From Marsupella aquatica (Eukaryota; Plantae; Marchantiophyta), in NCBI GenBank assembly GCA_973895155.1, contig OZ316892.1:27552307-27616306 (forward strand): a stretch of 64,000 bases of DNA. The letters run 5' to 3'. The notes below the pieces were generated by a model. That model had not been told where the DNA came from. It searched no databases and worked only from the letters and a program-made list of their open reading frames with translations. Position numbers and translations under genes: made by a program. This document shows positions 24,137 through 36,000 of this stretch, piece after piece. Position 1 is the stretch's first letter. Every line of letters starts with the position of its first letter.

Positions 24137-24388
24137 TATTCATTACAAAGGTTTTGGCCCAACACTGAAAATTTGAGCCCAACCAAACTTAAACCACATG
24201 TGCCACTATAAGAGACCCAATTTAAGAGATTAAATAATTCAACCCAATTCAGTCATTCACTCTGACTATTTCACATCGATAAATCAGAGCTATCCACACT
24301 TTCTATTTCCAGAGAGATCATTTAAGTATATTTTTATGGTCCTACCTTCCTTCTTTATGAGGTTTGGGCAATCATATAGTGGGGGTCA

Positions 24389-24680
24389 ACAGGACATAAA
24401 ATGCTGTTATGGTCAGGACAAAATGTCTATGAGCTACCAAAATATGTACCTAGCATGGGACCCAGCAAGGGTGATGGGTCCCAAAAAATAGAGTCGTAAC
24501 ACTTTGGTGAGGGGAGAACTTTGACAGGCCCTGTTGCTCCACGCCCTATAAGGGCTCGTCAAAGTTCTCCAGTAACACTTTGGTTACAGGCTTTTTTTGG
24601 AAGGAGGTCCCACCTTTAATATGGGATACATATTTTGGTAACCCATAAAGATTCCTGGCCATAAGTCTATTTTATCCTGG
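24389..24680. mobile_element. Foldback/MITE-like element with internal hairpin
   Basis: The arm caggacataaaatgctgttatgg..ctaccaaaatatgtacc (24389-24452) is inverted at ~24622-24679. Internal stem ggagaactttgac..gtcaaagttctcc at 24513-24570. The same arm recurs at ~27558-27620. Confidence 0.55.
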
Positions 24681-24850
24681 ACTGTAACCCAGGTACAACT
24701 GTGGTTTATTCCTCCGGCTGTGTGGTAGTGCTCTACCATACAACTGTGCTTTATTCCTCAGGTGTGGTAGTGCTCTACCATTGAGCTCCTTTGTGGCTGC
24801 ATCCATCATAGTTCCATTGTGGTAGTGCTCTACCAATGAGCTATGGACCC
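24676..24850 (-). other. tRNA-derived (tRNA-Cys-like 5' end) degenerate repeat / SINE-like relic
   Basis: The minus strand begins GGGTCCATAGCTCATTGGTAGAGCA, like the 5' stem and D-arm of plant tRNA-Cys. TGGTAGAGCACTACCA is repeated 3 times. It ends with T-arm-like CCTGGGTTACAGTCCAGG. Confidence 0.5.
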
Positions 24851-25053
24851 TTTGTGACTGAATTGTTATTGTTGGAGTGTGGTTCATTTTCAACACGACC
24901 ACCGATGGGAGTGCATGATAAAGTCCTCTAGTGTAAGATTATGAGGGTCGGTGCGAGTAGAGCACGACACACACCTGCACTGCCTCTGTCCGTCATCAAT
25001 ACGCAGGGACTTGCCCATTGAACTTGCCCATTGGCACTGTTGTGGCATCAGCT

Positions 25054-25932
25054 ATGGCTGTAGTCGCTTCCAAACCTTCGAGCATCATCCTACCTCGTCG
25101 AGTTCCAATCCTGAATTCTTCAGAGTCGTCGTCGGCAGCAATTCGACCATCGTCGAGCTTGGTTGAAAGCAGAATTCGCTTTCTTTGGTCATCAGGACAT
25201 GTCCAGTACTCGCCGACGAGCTTGAAATGTGGTAATTCTTTCGGATGTGAGCGGCTCTCTGCGAAGGGATTGTGTATCACGGGAAAATATGGGGTTGTTG
25301 GGCAGGAGCTGGCTGCACGGGACAGGGTGGTGGAGTTCGGCAAGTTCAAGGGCAGCATGATGGGAACTTTGTCATCCAGGTACCTGAACTGGATGGTGAA
25401 CAACTTGAAGGCGGGGCCGTTGTCAGATTGGTCGCAGTATGCAGAGGAGGTGCTGGCGGACCCTTACTACAGAGATCGGTTGGAGTGGGCGAATGTGGAG
25501 AAATTGATGACCGCGGCGCATGACGTTTCCAGCATTACGGGGAATAGAGATGAAGTTTTCGCACCGGCGAGGAAGTATGGATGGGATCTGCAGGACGATG
25601 TAGGATGGAGGAAAGTAAACTTTTCTTTGATTGGAACTACCAAAGGAGGCCGAATCCCTCGAGTGAAGGATGGATCCTCTCTTGACGTTCTCGAGCAGGC
25701 GAAACCAGCAGCGAAGACGAAGAAGAAGCCCACATCTCTCAGAACTACGGTAACCACTAGAAGTAGCCTATCCACTTTCTCTACCTCTGCTGATGCGGAC
25801 GCTTTGAGATCTTCGGGCAGTTCACAAGACGAAATCATGCGCAGGCGGGCACGCAGGCGGCACAGGCTTATGGCGAGTAGGGGACTGTCGTCAGGAAATG
25901 ATGAAGCAGCAGAAGCGCAGAGCTCGAAATAG
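25054..25932 (+). CDS. Conserved plant protein of unknown function, probably plastid-targeted (292 aa from first ATG)
   Basis: Ser/Arg-rich transit-peptide-like N-terminus. The core ARDRVVEFGKFKGSMMGTLSSRYLNW..EVLADPYYRDRLEW..YGWD..GWRKVNFSLIGTTKGGRIPR has a (M/F)GK(H/Y)KG..P..YL.W-type motif. Basic C-terminal tail. Confidence 0.8.
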   Translation: MAVVASKPSSIILPRRVPILNSSESSSAAIRPSSSLVESRIRFLWSSGHVQYSPTSLKCGNSFGCERLSAKGLCITGKYGVVGQELAARDRVVEFGKFKGSMMGTLSSRYLNWMVNNLKAGPLSDWSQYAEEVLADPYYRDRLEWANVEKLMTAAHDVSSITGNRDEVFAPARKYGWDLQDDVGWRKVNFSLIGTTKGGRIPRVKDGSSLDVLEQAKPAAKTKKKPTSLRTTVTTRSSLSTFSTSADADALRSSGSSQDEIMRRRARRRHRLMASRGLSSGNDEAAEAQSSK

Positions 25933-27489
25933 CAGGTTTCCCGGACGTGAGAGCCTGCTGAGCACCATCAGGACCTACGACATTTGAGAATGACGACTTG
26001 TTCTATTGTTGCTCTAACCCCTGTCTGCACCAGAAACACATTTGGCTACTTCTCGAAAGAATATAGTGGTTTGATTGTCACTATATGCTTGGAGTAACGG
26101 GGTGGGCTTCGATCTGAGTATTTCGAAGTTGCTCCCTTTCGGGTTCACAGGTTTTCATCCCTTCACTGGCCTCTCCTTCATCGCAATCGAATTCTTGGTG
26201 CATGATATTCAAGCATTTCTTGCCAGAGTGATCACAACTTTATGTGAGATGTATGGTCTCCAAATACTTAGTTACTTCTCAAGTTTATTCGGCACACTGT
26301 CACCTTGAACTATTTGTCTAGTGTTTTACAGGACCGTCGACTATTCACTTCATCATTCTCTCGTTCTCTCCATGCTGCAGTCATGTTTGAGGTGTTTCAA
26401 TTTATAGCCAATTGCGATACAATGTTTAATTCACGTGAACAATTCAGAACAAAATCTGCGAAGTGGCTGTAGCTGAGACAGAGTTGCGAGGGGGAGGATT
26501 ATTAGCATCGTATTGTTAGGTGAGCTAGGTCAATATGAATAAATTTTGGTGGGCATAATTCGTGGAGAGAGTTTTCGTTGGGAGTTCGTTTCAGCACTCA
26601 ACCATAGAACATGAATGAATTTTGTTTTTGTTTTTGGTTGCAGAAGTGAGGTGCGACCTAAATTTGGGCACACGATTGGGCTTTCCCAGCCTTATAAATG
26701 CTCAGACGAGGACACTGTCACAATTGCCAAGAGTTGCAAGGACGCTGTTTGACGATATATTTGCATCCGGCAGACGAATGTCACAAGTTGAAGGCAAGTT
26801 CATATCTGTGCTTACATATATCCTCCATTGGCCACTTACTTTTAAGGGCGTGGTACTCCTTGTAATTTGTTATTGGTCCGAGTTTAATGAACCTAAGTAT
26901 CTTCTGTCGGGTGGACATTCGGCTCGTTTCTCTGCACCGACGGCCTATCAGACATAGCAAGACGCTCAAGCTTCTTGGGCCCTGAGACGTCATGGGCCTT
27001 TGAAATTTGCAAGCCTTGGACGAAATAGAATTACGATGGGCAGGGTGAGAAACCGTCACTTGTGGCTTGCCCATGTCTTGAGAGAATATTGCTGTCCTAA
27101 ATGAGGAATGATTGAAACAATGGATGACGGTGAGACAATTTCAACACGGACTCATTACATTCTGAATCCGGGATTTCTCAAGATTGCTCGACTCAACGTT
27201 CGTTCGTGTTCATCATGCAACCTTTCCAAGAAGGATATTGAGTCAAAAGTCAGTTCTACGAAAATCTCGCCATCTAGTTCTTTGTAAACTGGTTCATAAG
27301 TTTCCTCGATGGTTCACTGTCTTGTAGCCATTACATGTGCATTCACCCGCGTAAATACTTTAGTGGCCATTTCAGATTCTCACGAAACCTAGTCATCTAT
27401 AGCAGGGAGGAACCTGTGCCAAAATACCAAAGAGATGCCAATGAGAATGACCGTCCTTGTTCTTATCGTGAGTTATTATGGCGTGTCAA

Positions 27490-27680
27490 ATATTATGGCG
27501 TGTCCAAGCACAGCTGCAGCTCATGACATATAATGTTGTTATAGCACAGCTGCAGCTCAGGACATAAAATGTTGTTATAGTTGGGACAAAATCTCTTTGT
27601 GCTACCAAAATATGTACCCCACAAGGGTGATATGTCCAAAATTAATAAAGCCTTAACATGGGAGATCTTTGACATGCCTT
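27490..27680. mobile_element. Partial copy of the foldback element at 24389
   Basis: caggacataaaatgttgttatagttgggacaaaatc..gctaccaaaatatgtacc, with a local ~36-bp duplication. Confidence 0.45.
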
Positions 27681-27879
27681 AATGGATCACAGGTCATAAA
27701 TGTCAGAAAGAATGTGATATTGACGAAGTTGTTCCCTTCGCTCTAGATTCTGGAAGCTTTTCATAGCAGTCCCGAAAGTGCAAAGGGGCAGATGGATGAA
27801 AATCAAGTGTGGCTAGCCCTCACAAGTCCATGAATTATCTAATTTCTTTCCAATTCGGTGGAATGTCTCCAGCAATTAA

Positions 27880-28160
27880 TATGGGATTGTTGCTAAAATT
27901 AACCAAGTGTGGGTCCATTGTTGGAATGAATTGAGCTTGGGTTACTGACTATGGGCCCCTGCTAAAACTACCAGGGAATGGATTTGTAGCGAAAATTGGC
28001 CAGGCACTTAGTCCACCACTAAAACCAGTCGAGCCTGGATCTGTTCTCGAAATTAACAGAATCCGGATCTGCTATTAAAATTGATGAGCATAAATCACAG
28101 AACATGGGTCAGTTAGTGAAAGTAGCTCAGCATGCATCTGTCTTTAATATAAGCCCTGCA
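27880..28160. repeat. Highly degenerate ~28-30 bp tandem repeat
   Basis: Recurring tgg(g/a)tc..tgctaaaatt.acc.ag-type units (e.g. at 27881, 27910, 27952, 27979, 28036, 28064). Similar units occur at 28510-28750. Confidence 0.4.
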
Positions 28161-29799
28161 TTTTCTGCAGTTAAGACTAATCGCCCATGTGAGAAACTGT
28201 CTCATAACATTAACAAAGAAGGAGACTCAATATCAAATTTACGAAGTTCGAATCAGGGTAGAGTGAGAAAGGGAGACTCAAGGTTCATGAATATTGGAAG
28301 AGGCTTGAACTAAGAATAAGTTGATTGCAGCCCATCCTTTTTTACACCAGAATTGCCAATCCTTTCTAGTCCACATGGCACAGATTTGATCAACTAATCC
28401 ACTTATAGTTGTCCTCCATGATGGTTTCCATGAAAAGTTGATCATAGCCGAATTACCCCGTCATTTCTATACTCTTCAAATATGGATAGATACTTTAAAA
28501 ATTAGTTGAGCATGGACCCTACTAGAATTAAAAGATGGCCATTCTCAACTAGCGGACCTTTGATCCAAGCCAAGGTTAGCAGAGCTCATGTCCAGTGTCA
28601 ACGGTGGCCAAATTATTCTTAATAATGTTAGCAAAAATAGATCCACTGCTAAAGATACCCAAAACATGATCCCGTACTATAACTAACTAAACATAAATTC
28701 ATGCTAGAATAACCAATTCGGAAGTTCAATGTCCTCGCCAGAATTAAAGGGCTCAGCAATGACTAAAAATTGAAACATTTTGTATTCATTTGTAGATGTC
28801 ACTGTTAATCTCAAGTAAAAACCATATTTGTCTCCATATTTGTGTACAATTTAACTTGGTCAAAATTTTGTTTGATAGTATGCACACTTTTTTAAGGTAG
28901 TTTGGAAGATATAGTGTGGGCCGCACTAATTAAAAATGACCCAAATTAGGGTGGATCCGTGGAAGTCTTGTAACTCCTAGCAAACACCTTTGTCCCTCAA
29001 TCCCCAGGAACAAAGTAAAAGAGATTCAAGAGGAGATCCCAACCTCTACCACATCTGGAACCCTCGATGACCCTAAGCCGCTTTAGTGGCTAGTGGAGAA
29101 AAAGAGAAAACTGTTTCAAAATCCATCATTAGCATGCTTTTAAGTGTCAAAAGTTGGGTAGATTCCATCTCTCTGAAAAGTGTTGGTCGCTTGTGGCGAC
29201 GTTTCTGGAGGTTTTGGTCTTCCATGAGCCATTCTCCCATCTAGTCACACATACCCCATCAGCAAGAATAGAACGGCTATCCTTGAATCTAGGAACATCG
29301 GACAGAAATTAGACAATGGCTATTCCTAGCATCTTCTCCTTCACCCAAGGTGTCATTCACCAAAGGGCAAAAAAAGCAAAAACCTTAAAAATTAGACTGA
29401 CCACCAAACACTAATTAATTCATTCCCACTCATTCTAGGTGATGGTCTGCTTGCAAAATATGGTTTGGGTGGAAAGTGTGAATTGTGGCGAGAAAATGAC
29501 TCAAACATTTGCAAAAATTTGTTAGTATCTGGTACTTCAGTTATCAATGAAATTGTACCTTGAATAAGAGGCTCGTTGAAAAGAGTTTTCTAACAAACCC
29601 CAGAAAATTTGGTGTCCCTGTTGATGTCTCGCCCCCCCCCCCCCCCCGGCCACGGGGTTTTTGTGGCTTCCAATTTATATAACAAAAAACAAATTCAAGG
29701 AACAAACCAAGAAAAGAAAATTTTGATTAGATATCAAGGGTAAACTAAGTTTAACATCAAAGTTAGCTGCTAATGGGGCTGACAAAATGCTAAATAACT

Positions 29800-30800
29800 T
29801 TGGAAGCATCAAGTGTGGTGAGTGAGTGATGGAGTGATCTTTAGAATTCCATAACTCCATCCCTCGCTTCTTCATGAAAGCTAGAGATCATGCTAGAGAT
29901 ATTAGACTGATTGGAAGAGTTTATAGAGTACCCCATATCATGTGCAACTAGTTGGACTTCCACCCCCCTAACTTATCAAGTAAAACAAGTTCACCTACTC
30001 TAACTTATATAAATCCTAAGAAGAACAGTAAAGTATTGTCAAATGAGCACTTGTGTTGCAGCTTTGCAGCACAACCTGTTCTTTAGACATCCATACCTTA
30101 TATAAAATTGACACTCTAGAGAGTTGAAACTTCCACCACAGAATCCAAATTCTAGTAGAAACTTCAGCAATATCAAAATAAGTTATCATATCCACAATTT
30201 GCTACAATCCTCCGATTCTGAATGGCAAGTGTGGCAAAGGGGAATTGAACCCCTCCTAGAGCAATAAACTCAAAGATCCAAATCCGCCAACCCTGAGCCT
30301 ATTATACATACCAAACCATTACCATTAGTAGTTGATGCAAACCATTCACTCAACTCTAGATATGGTCTCAAATAAAATTGTTTAAAGCCTATTTACCTAT
30401 CCAATGTGAGACATAGACTATACCAATTCCATGTTTCATGGTAAGAGTAACACGCACCATCACCCTTTCTATAACAATCCAATCATTGCAAATCAATAAT
30501 CCCTCAGTTATGCCTCACCTCCCACCCATGATCCTAGTGCACATTTTCAAATTGTGCCCTCAAACCTGCCATGGAACCCCCATTGTACCCCCTCTGTCAT
30601 TGATCCCTAAAGCCATCTACATTATGTAGTGGCAAGTGGACCAACTAAAACCTGACACATATCCTTTGTATATAAAGGCTGCCTAAATACCCCTATCTTA
30701 AACTTACAACTTAAATTGAGTAGATGCATTTTTAGCACCCGGCCCTACCATACTTGTAAGGTGTTCAATGTACTTCCAACCCCTAATGTTCTTGATGAGG
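29800..30800 (-). mobile_element. Possible decayed LINE endonuclease remnant
   Basis: Broken minus-strand frames give NIRG (~30790), GGSFN (~30130) and KDHS (~29835), in the order of the APE motifs WNxRG, GDFN and SDH. Confidence 0.25.
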
Positions 30801-32350
30801 AAAACTTCTAAAATCTTTAACCCAATCAAATTATAAAACCTAACTTATTGCATGTGATGGGTCAGAAGAAAAGAAGAGGTAACCTTGTTGTATGCAATGG
30901 TCAAATGGTATTCAATGGTCAAACAAGATGCTTTGTACCTCTTCCATAGCACCTCAACCAATGCTGACTATACAGTAACTCTTTTCTTTCTTTAGTGGTC
31001 CTCCTTAGGGCTTGCTTATAGAAGCCAGTCCTAAAATGAATGTTGTTGAAGGAATCAACCATTCAAGCCTTGAAAGAAATACATAAAGAAATATACACTG
31101 AGGAAAAACAAGTCTGCACAATCTCCATGTGTTCTTTCCAGGGTTCTTAGTAGGGGATTTACAATCTTGAATTGACCAGGAAGTCTACTGTAGTTTTCTG
31201 CTGGAGGATGTCATTTGGGATTAGTGATGTAGGGTATTTGATTTGAAAACACATTGAGCACAAGTTTACATCCGAAAATCACTGATCCTACATAGCCTTG
31301 GTGTAGCTTGTGATATGCATACATAGAGGAAGTTTTTTTTGACAAAGTTTTGGGCTTCCTTTTATGTACATGAGAGCATTTAGTGTGCGGAGGCGCAGAT
31401 ATTGAAAACCTCAATCCTTCTTCTGTTCCACGAAGTAGGTTTGGTTTACTGCTATGCATGCATGCTCAGGCAGCTCAGCTTATTGTTGTGAGTACTAAAA
31501 GGGAAGCAATGCTACACCTGGTCACACTATTAAGTGTTATGCAAGAATTAGTGTTAGTACAAAATTAGTGTTATCAACATTAATTTTGGTTAAAATGTTT
31601 TTGAGTCTAAGTAACGGTAATTTGGGTCGGTTTTCAAAATAAGTTTTGAATCGTATGGAATTGCTAGTAAGTATTGATATCTGAGTCCAAAGTAACATTA
31701 ATTCTTTTGGATTTTTCAAAAATAGATTTATGCTGTATTCTCCCACTCTTGAGACCACAATTGCACTCATTCATGTGCATAGAATAACATTAGGACAAAG
31801 TTTGGGTGACTAACACTAATTTTCTGGTAGACCTTCAAAATTGATAGACTAATTACAATGAACAGTGGTAGATACTATGATTATTTTAAGTATACCCCTC
31901 ATGACGACTTCATAAAGTGAAGCCATAGGTACAATTTTTCTCATGATAATTTTTTAAATTTTATTTAGACTACGTGCCTGAATAGGGAACTACATTGGGA
32001 ATCTAGGTGAAGGGGCTAGGGGAGGCCTTATGTGCCTACACCATGTAAAGTTGTTGGCTGATGTATGCCCATGCCTTAGGATATAAGAAATTTAGTACCG
32101 TCACCTGTAAGGCAATATCTTCACTTTTCACACAATAAGCCTTTCCGAAGACCATAGGGTGGGAACCGTTCCCGCCTCAGCTAGGGGTATGCCTTACATG
32201 TAAGGCAATTGGTGCTCCCTGACATGTAAGTAGGGGGCCCTGGTCCAGTTCCTCGAAATTAGGCGGTCAACAATTTCGTGGCGCCTGATATGTAAAGACA
32301 CAGGGACAGTTACACGTAAGGTGGGTCGATCGAGCCGTCCAGCACTCACA

Positions 32351-32359
32351 AAACCCTAA
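32351..32359 (+). promoter_or_regulatory. Telo-box (AAACCCTAA) upstream of eEF2
   Basis: Exact AAACCCTAA ~660 bp upstream of the ATG, with a second AACCCTAA at 32565. Telo-boxes are established elements of plant translation-machinery promoters. Confidence 0.55.
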
Positions 32360-33013
32360 ATGAAAGCAACATGAACGACCCAGATCTGCCATCCCCACCA
32401 TCCGTTAAACGTGCTCGAGAGGATCACTTGGAGAATATTCTTGAACGGCCAGTAATGAACGAGAGAATCAATCCCGTAAATATTTTATTCAGTCGCCGCC
32501 TTTTTTTCCCGTTACAGCGTAAGGAAATCGCCAGTTACATGTCAGGAAGTTTCACGCGACACGGAACCCTAAATGAAAGTAAAGCAGGCTGAGGAGAAAC
32601 GAGCGACATGGAATCGTGGGCGTCCATTTTGGTGCGGGTGGGGAGAATCTGCTGGAGAATATGCCTCAACAGCCGCTGGATGAAGAGATAATTGTTTATG
32701 TGAATATTCGCAGAGTTTTATTCCGTTCTTTTGCTTTTGAAGAGCGGAGGAGATGTGCGGGTTTGCAAAGGCGAGGAGAGAAGCTGCGGCATTCGTTCGT
32801 CTCTTCGGTTGCGGAGGTGACTGACTCTCTCTCGACTGCCTCTCTCTTTGTTCACGGGCGGTTCTGGGTCGTCGAGTCCTTGGGCTTGAGATCGGCGGAG
32901 CGAGAAATCACACGATCTGCGAAAGAATCGTCGAAAGCTGGTGAAGAAACGACCGAATTTGGTGAAGAATCGATCGATTTCAGTGAATTTGGAGGACACA
33001 ACAGTCCGCCAAA

Positions 33014-36000
33014 ATGGTGAGTCGGTCTCCTTGGCCATGTCTTCTGTTGCGATTTGGTGACGACGTCTGGTTTGAAAGAAGGCCTCTCTTGTTGTTACGA
33101 TTGAGACAAGATGTCTATGGAATGTGTCGATGTCTTGTTCGAAGTAGGCGACGTCGGTTTTCGTTTGCACAGAGATGTCTTTAATGAGTGTCGATGTCTA
33201 GGTTAAAGAGTCTCATCAACTTTTGTGAATTTGTAGTTCACATCAGTCCCCCAAGATGGGAACTAGTTCTCTGTGGTAAAGTTTAGACAGCGCGGTCGTG
33301 GATCGTTAAGCCTCGATCTGGTCCATATCTCATGGCCAGAGGCATGTCTTTGGTTAGGCAGTAGCGTTAGTTCGATCCGGAGGTTGTGAAGACCAATATG
33401 TTGAGCTGTTTGTATGGATTCCGGGATGAGATAGTGCCCGGTCCTTTGGCTGCGGACTTTTCTCCGTTTCATTGTTGAAGTTCCGCCATTCTTTGTGTTT
33501 CCTTACAGTTTTGCCGACTGGTAGTTCATTTGTGGGAGGTTGTCTTCTAGATTGCGTTTTGCTTTCAGATTTCGCGGATGTCGTCCTTCGTGACAGCTCG
33601 TTAGGTCGAAAATGAGGCCGAAGTGTGGTTCATGCCTACAGTTTGTGTCGGTCCATCTACTTTATGCGACTTGATCTGTGGTCCAAACGTAGAGATGTCG
33701 CGGTTCCAGTTCCGAATCTTTCAGTCTCGAAATTCTTCTCTGTCTAGCTGAAAACTGTCTACCCTGTTCTGCTGCACCCACTGCTTATGCAACTGAAAGA
33801 TGATATTTTGGATGGTGTTCGCCTGTTGCAGTAGACTCCAGATGAAAAGTTATGTTGGAATTGTTTTAAAGCGGGATACTGGATTAGGGTTTGACGATAT
33901 TTGTAGGAGATCTTGTTTTCCGATAGAATCGTGTTCCGTCTCTTCCTTTTCACAACTCTGTGGTGATGAAATATGGCGGAAGATCCGTCTAGGTTTCGGG
34001 TACAGTCAGTTTACATGTAAAGTTGTTTTTAACTCTCTCCTCCATGCATGGCTGCAGGTGAAGTTTACTATCGATGAGTTGCGGAGGATCATGGACAAGA
34101 AACATAACATTAGAAACATGTCCGTGATTGCTCATGTGGACCACGGTAAGTCTGCCTGCGTCCCTATTTTCTTGCAGAATCTAATTTTCTCCGACGTGAT
34201 TGTTTTTGTTGATGGCTCTGCTTTAGTACTACCACATGATTGTATATAATCTGTGTTCATCTTTGTCCATGGTGGTTGTTGGGTTGCTTCTTGTGCTGGC
34301 TGTGTACTTGCGCACTCAGCTTTTTTCTTCTTCATTTTGTCATCATGAAGCACTGTTTGATTCATTCTCATCCTCTTGGGTATCACTTGGGTTGTGGACT
34401 TCCACTGCCATGGCTTATTATGAGTTTGTCTGTTTGTAGAAATACTCAGGGAATTTGTTTCTTGTGGTTGCTCTTGAGATGTACTCGAAGCTTCTCATAT
34501 ATTCATTTTACATCTTATTACACATTTAACTTCAAGTGTAATTCCATATCTCGATTGTTGAAATGTGGAACTTTGCAACCATGGTCCACAATGGATCTGC
34601 CACTCGATCAACTGGATGGAGAGAATTCTAACTCTTCAGTGTACTCTTGGCCTTCTTGTTACAGGAAAGTCTACCTTGACAGACTCTCTCGTGGCCGCTG
34701 CTGGGATTATTGCCCAGGAGACCGCCGGGGATGTTCGACTGACCGATACTCGTGCCGATGAGGCCGAGCGTGGCATCACCATCAAATCGACGGGAATCTC
34801 TTTGTATTATGAGATGTCTGATGCATCGTTGAAGGACTACACTGGAGAGAAAGACGGTGCGGATTACTTGATCAACCTCATCGATTCTCCCGGACATGTC
34901 GACTTTTCTTCGGAAGTTACGGCTGCCCTCCGAATCACAGACGGAGCGCTGGTTGTGGTCGATTGCGTGGAGGGGGTGTGTGTACAAACTGAGACCGTGC
35001 TTCGGCAGGCACTTGGTGAGAGGATCCGGCCCGTCCTGACAGTGAATAAGATGGATCGCTGTTTCTTAGAGTTGCAAGTCGATGGTGAGGAAGCTTATCA
35101 GACATTCCAGCGTGTCATCGAGAATGCCAACGTCATCATGGCAACCTACGAAGATAAGTTGCTAGGAGATGTTCAGGTCTACCCCGAGCAAGGGACAGTT
35201 GCGTTCTCAGCCGGTTTGCACGGTTGGGCATTCACCCTGACTAATTTTGCAAAGATGTACTCCAGCAAGTTTAAGGTCGACACGAAGAAGATGATGGAGA
35301 GGCTCTGGGGAGAGAATTTCTTTGATCCGGCAACAAAAAAATGGACAAAGAAAGGCACGGGGTCCCCCTCTTGTAAGCGTGGGTTTGTACAGTTCTGCTA
35401 CGACCCCATCAAGCAGCTCATAAACATATGCATGAACGACCAAAAGGACAAATTATGGCCCATGCTGGATAAGTTGGGAATTGGTCTGAAGGGTGATGAG
35501 AAGGACTTGATGGGGAAGCACTTGATGAAGCGTGTGATGCAGACGTGGTTGCCTGCCGCTGCTGCCCTGTTGGAGATGATGATATATCACTTGCCTTCTC
35601 CGGCAACTGCACAGAAGTATCGTGTGGAGAATTTGTACGAGGGTCCCCTTGATGATCAGTATGCCAATGCCATCAGGAACTGTGACCCCGACGGTCCTCT
35701 GATGCTGTACGTGTCCAAAATGATTCCCGCTTCCGACAAAGGAAGGTTTTTTGCTTTCGGTCGTGTGTTTGCAGGAAAGGTATCTACAGGTGTGAAGGTG
35801 AGAATTATGGGTCCGAATTACGTGCCCGGCGGGAAGAAGGATTTGTACACGAAGTCCGTGCAGCGGACTGTTATCTGGATGGGAAGGAAACAGGAGTCAG
35901 TGGAGGATGTGCCATGCGGGAACACTGTTGCTCTTGTGGGCCTGGACCAGTTTATCACTAAGAATGCTACCCTGACCAACGAGAAGGAGGTGGACGCTCA

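Noticed and set aside
29632-29647. Poly-C tract as a functional element
   Set aside because: Simple homopolymer with no supporting context.
32616-33170. ORFs of 134 aa (+) and 150 aa (-) upstream of eEF2
   Set aside because: They overlap the eEF2 5' UTR and intron 1, begin at non-ATG codons and show no recognisable motifs.
33017-34664. Intronic snoRNA in eEF2 (as in vertebrate EEF2) and ORFs 33800/34240
   Set aside because: A GTGATGA at ~33963 has no suitably placed CTGA or terminal stem. The ORFs are intron read-through around exon 2.
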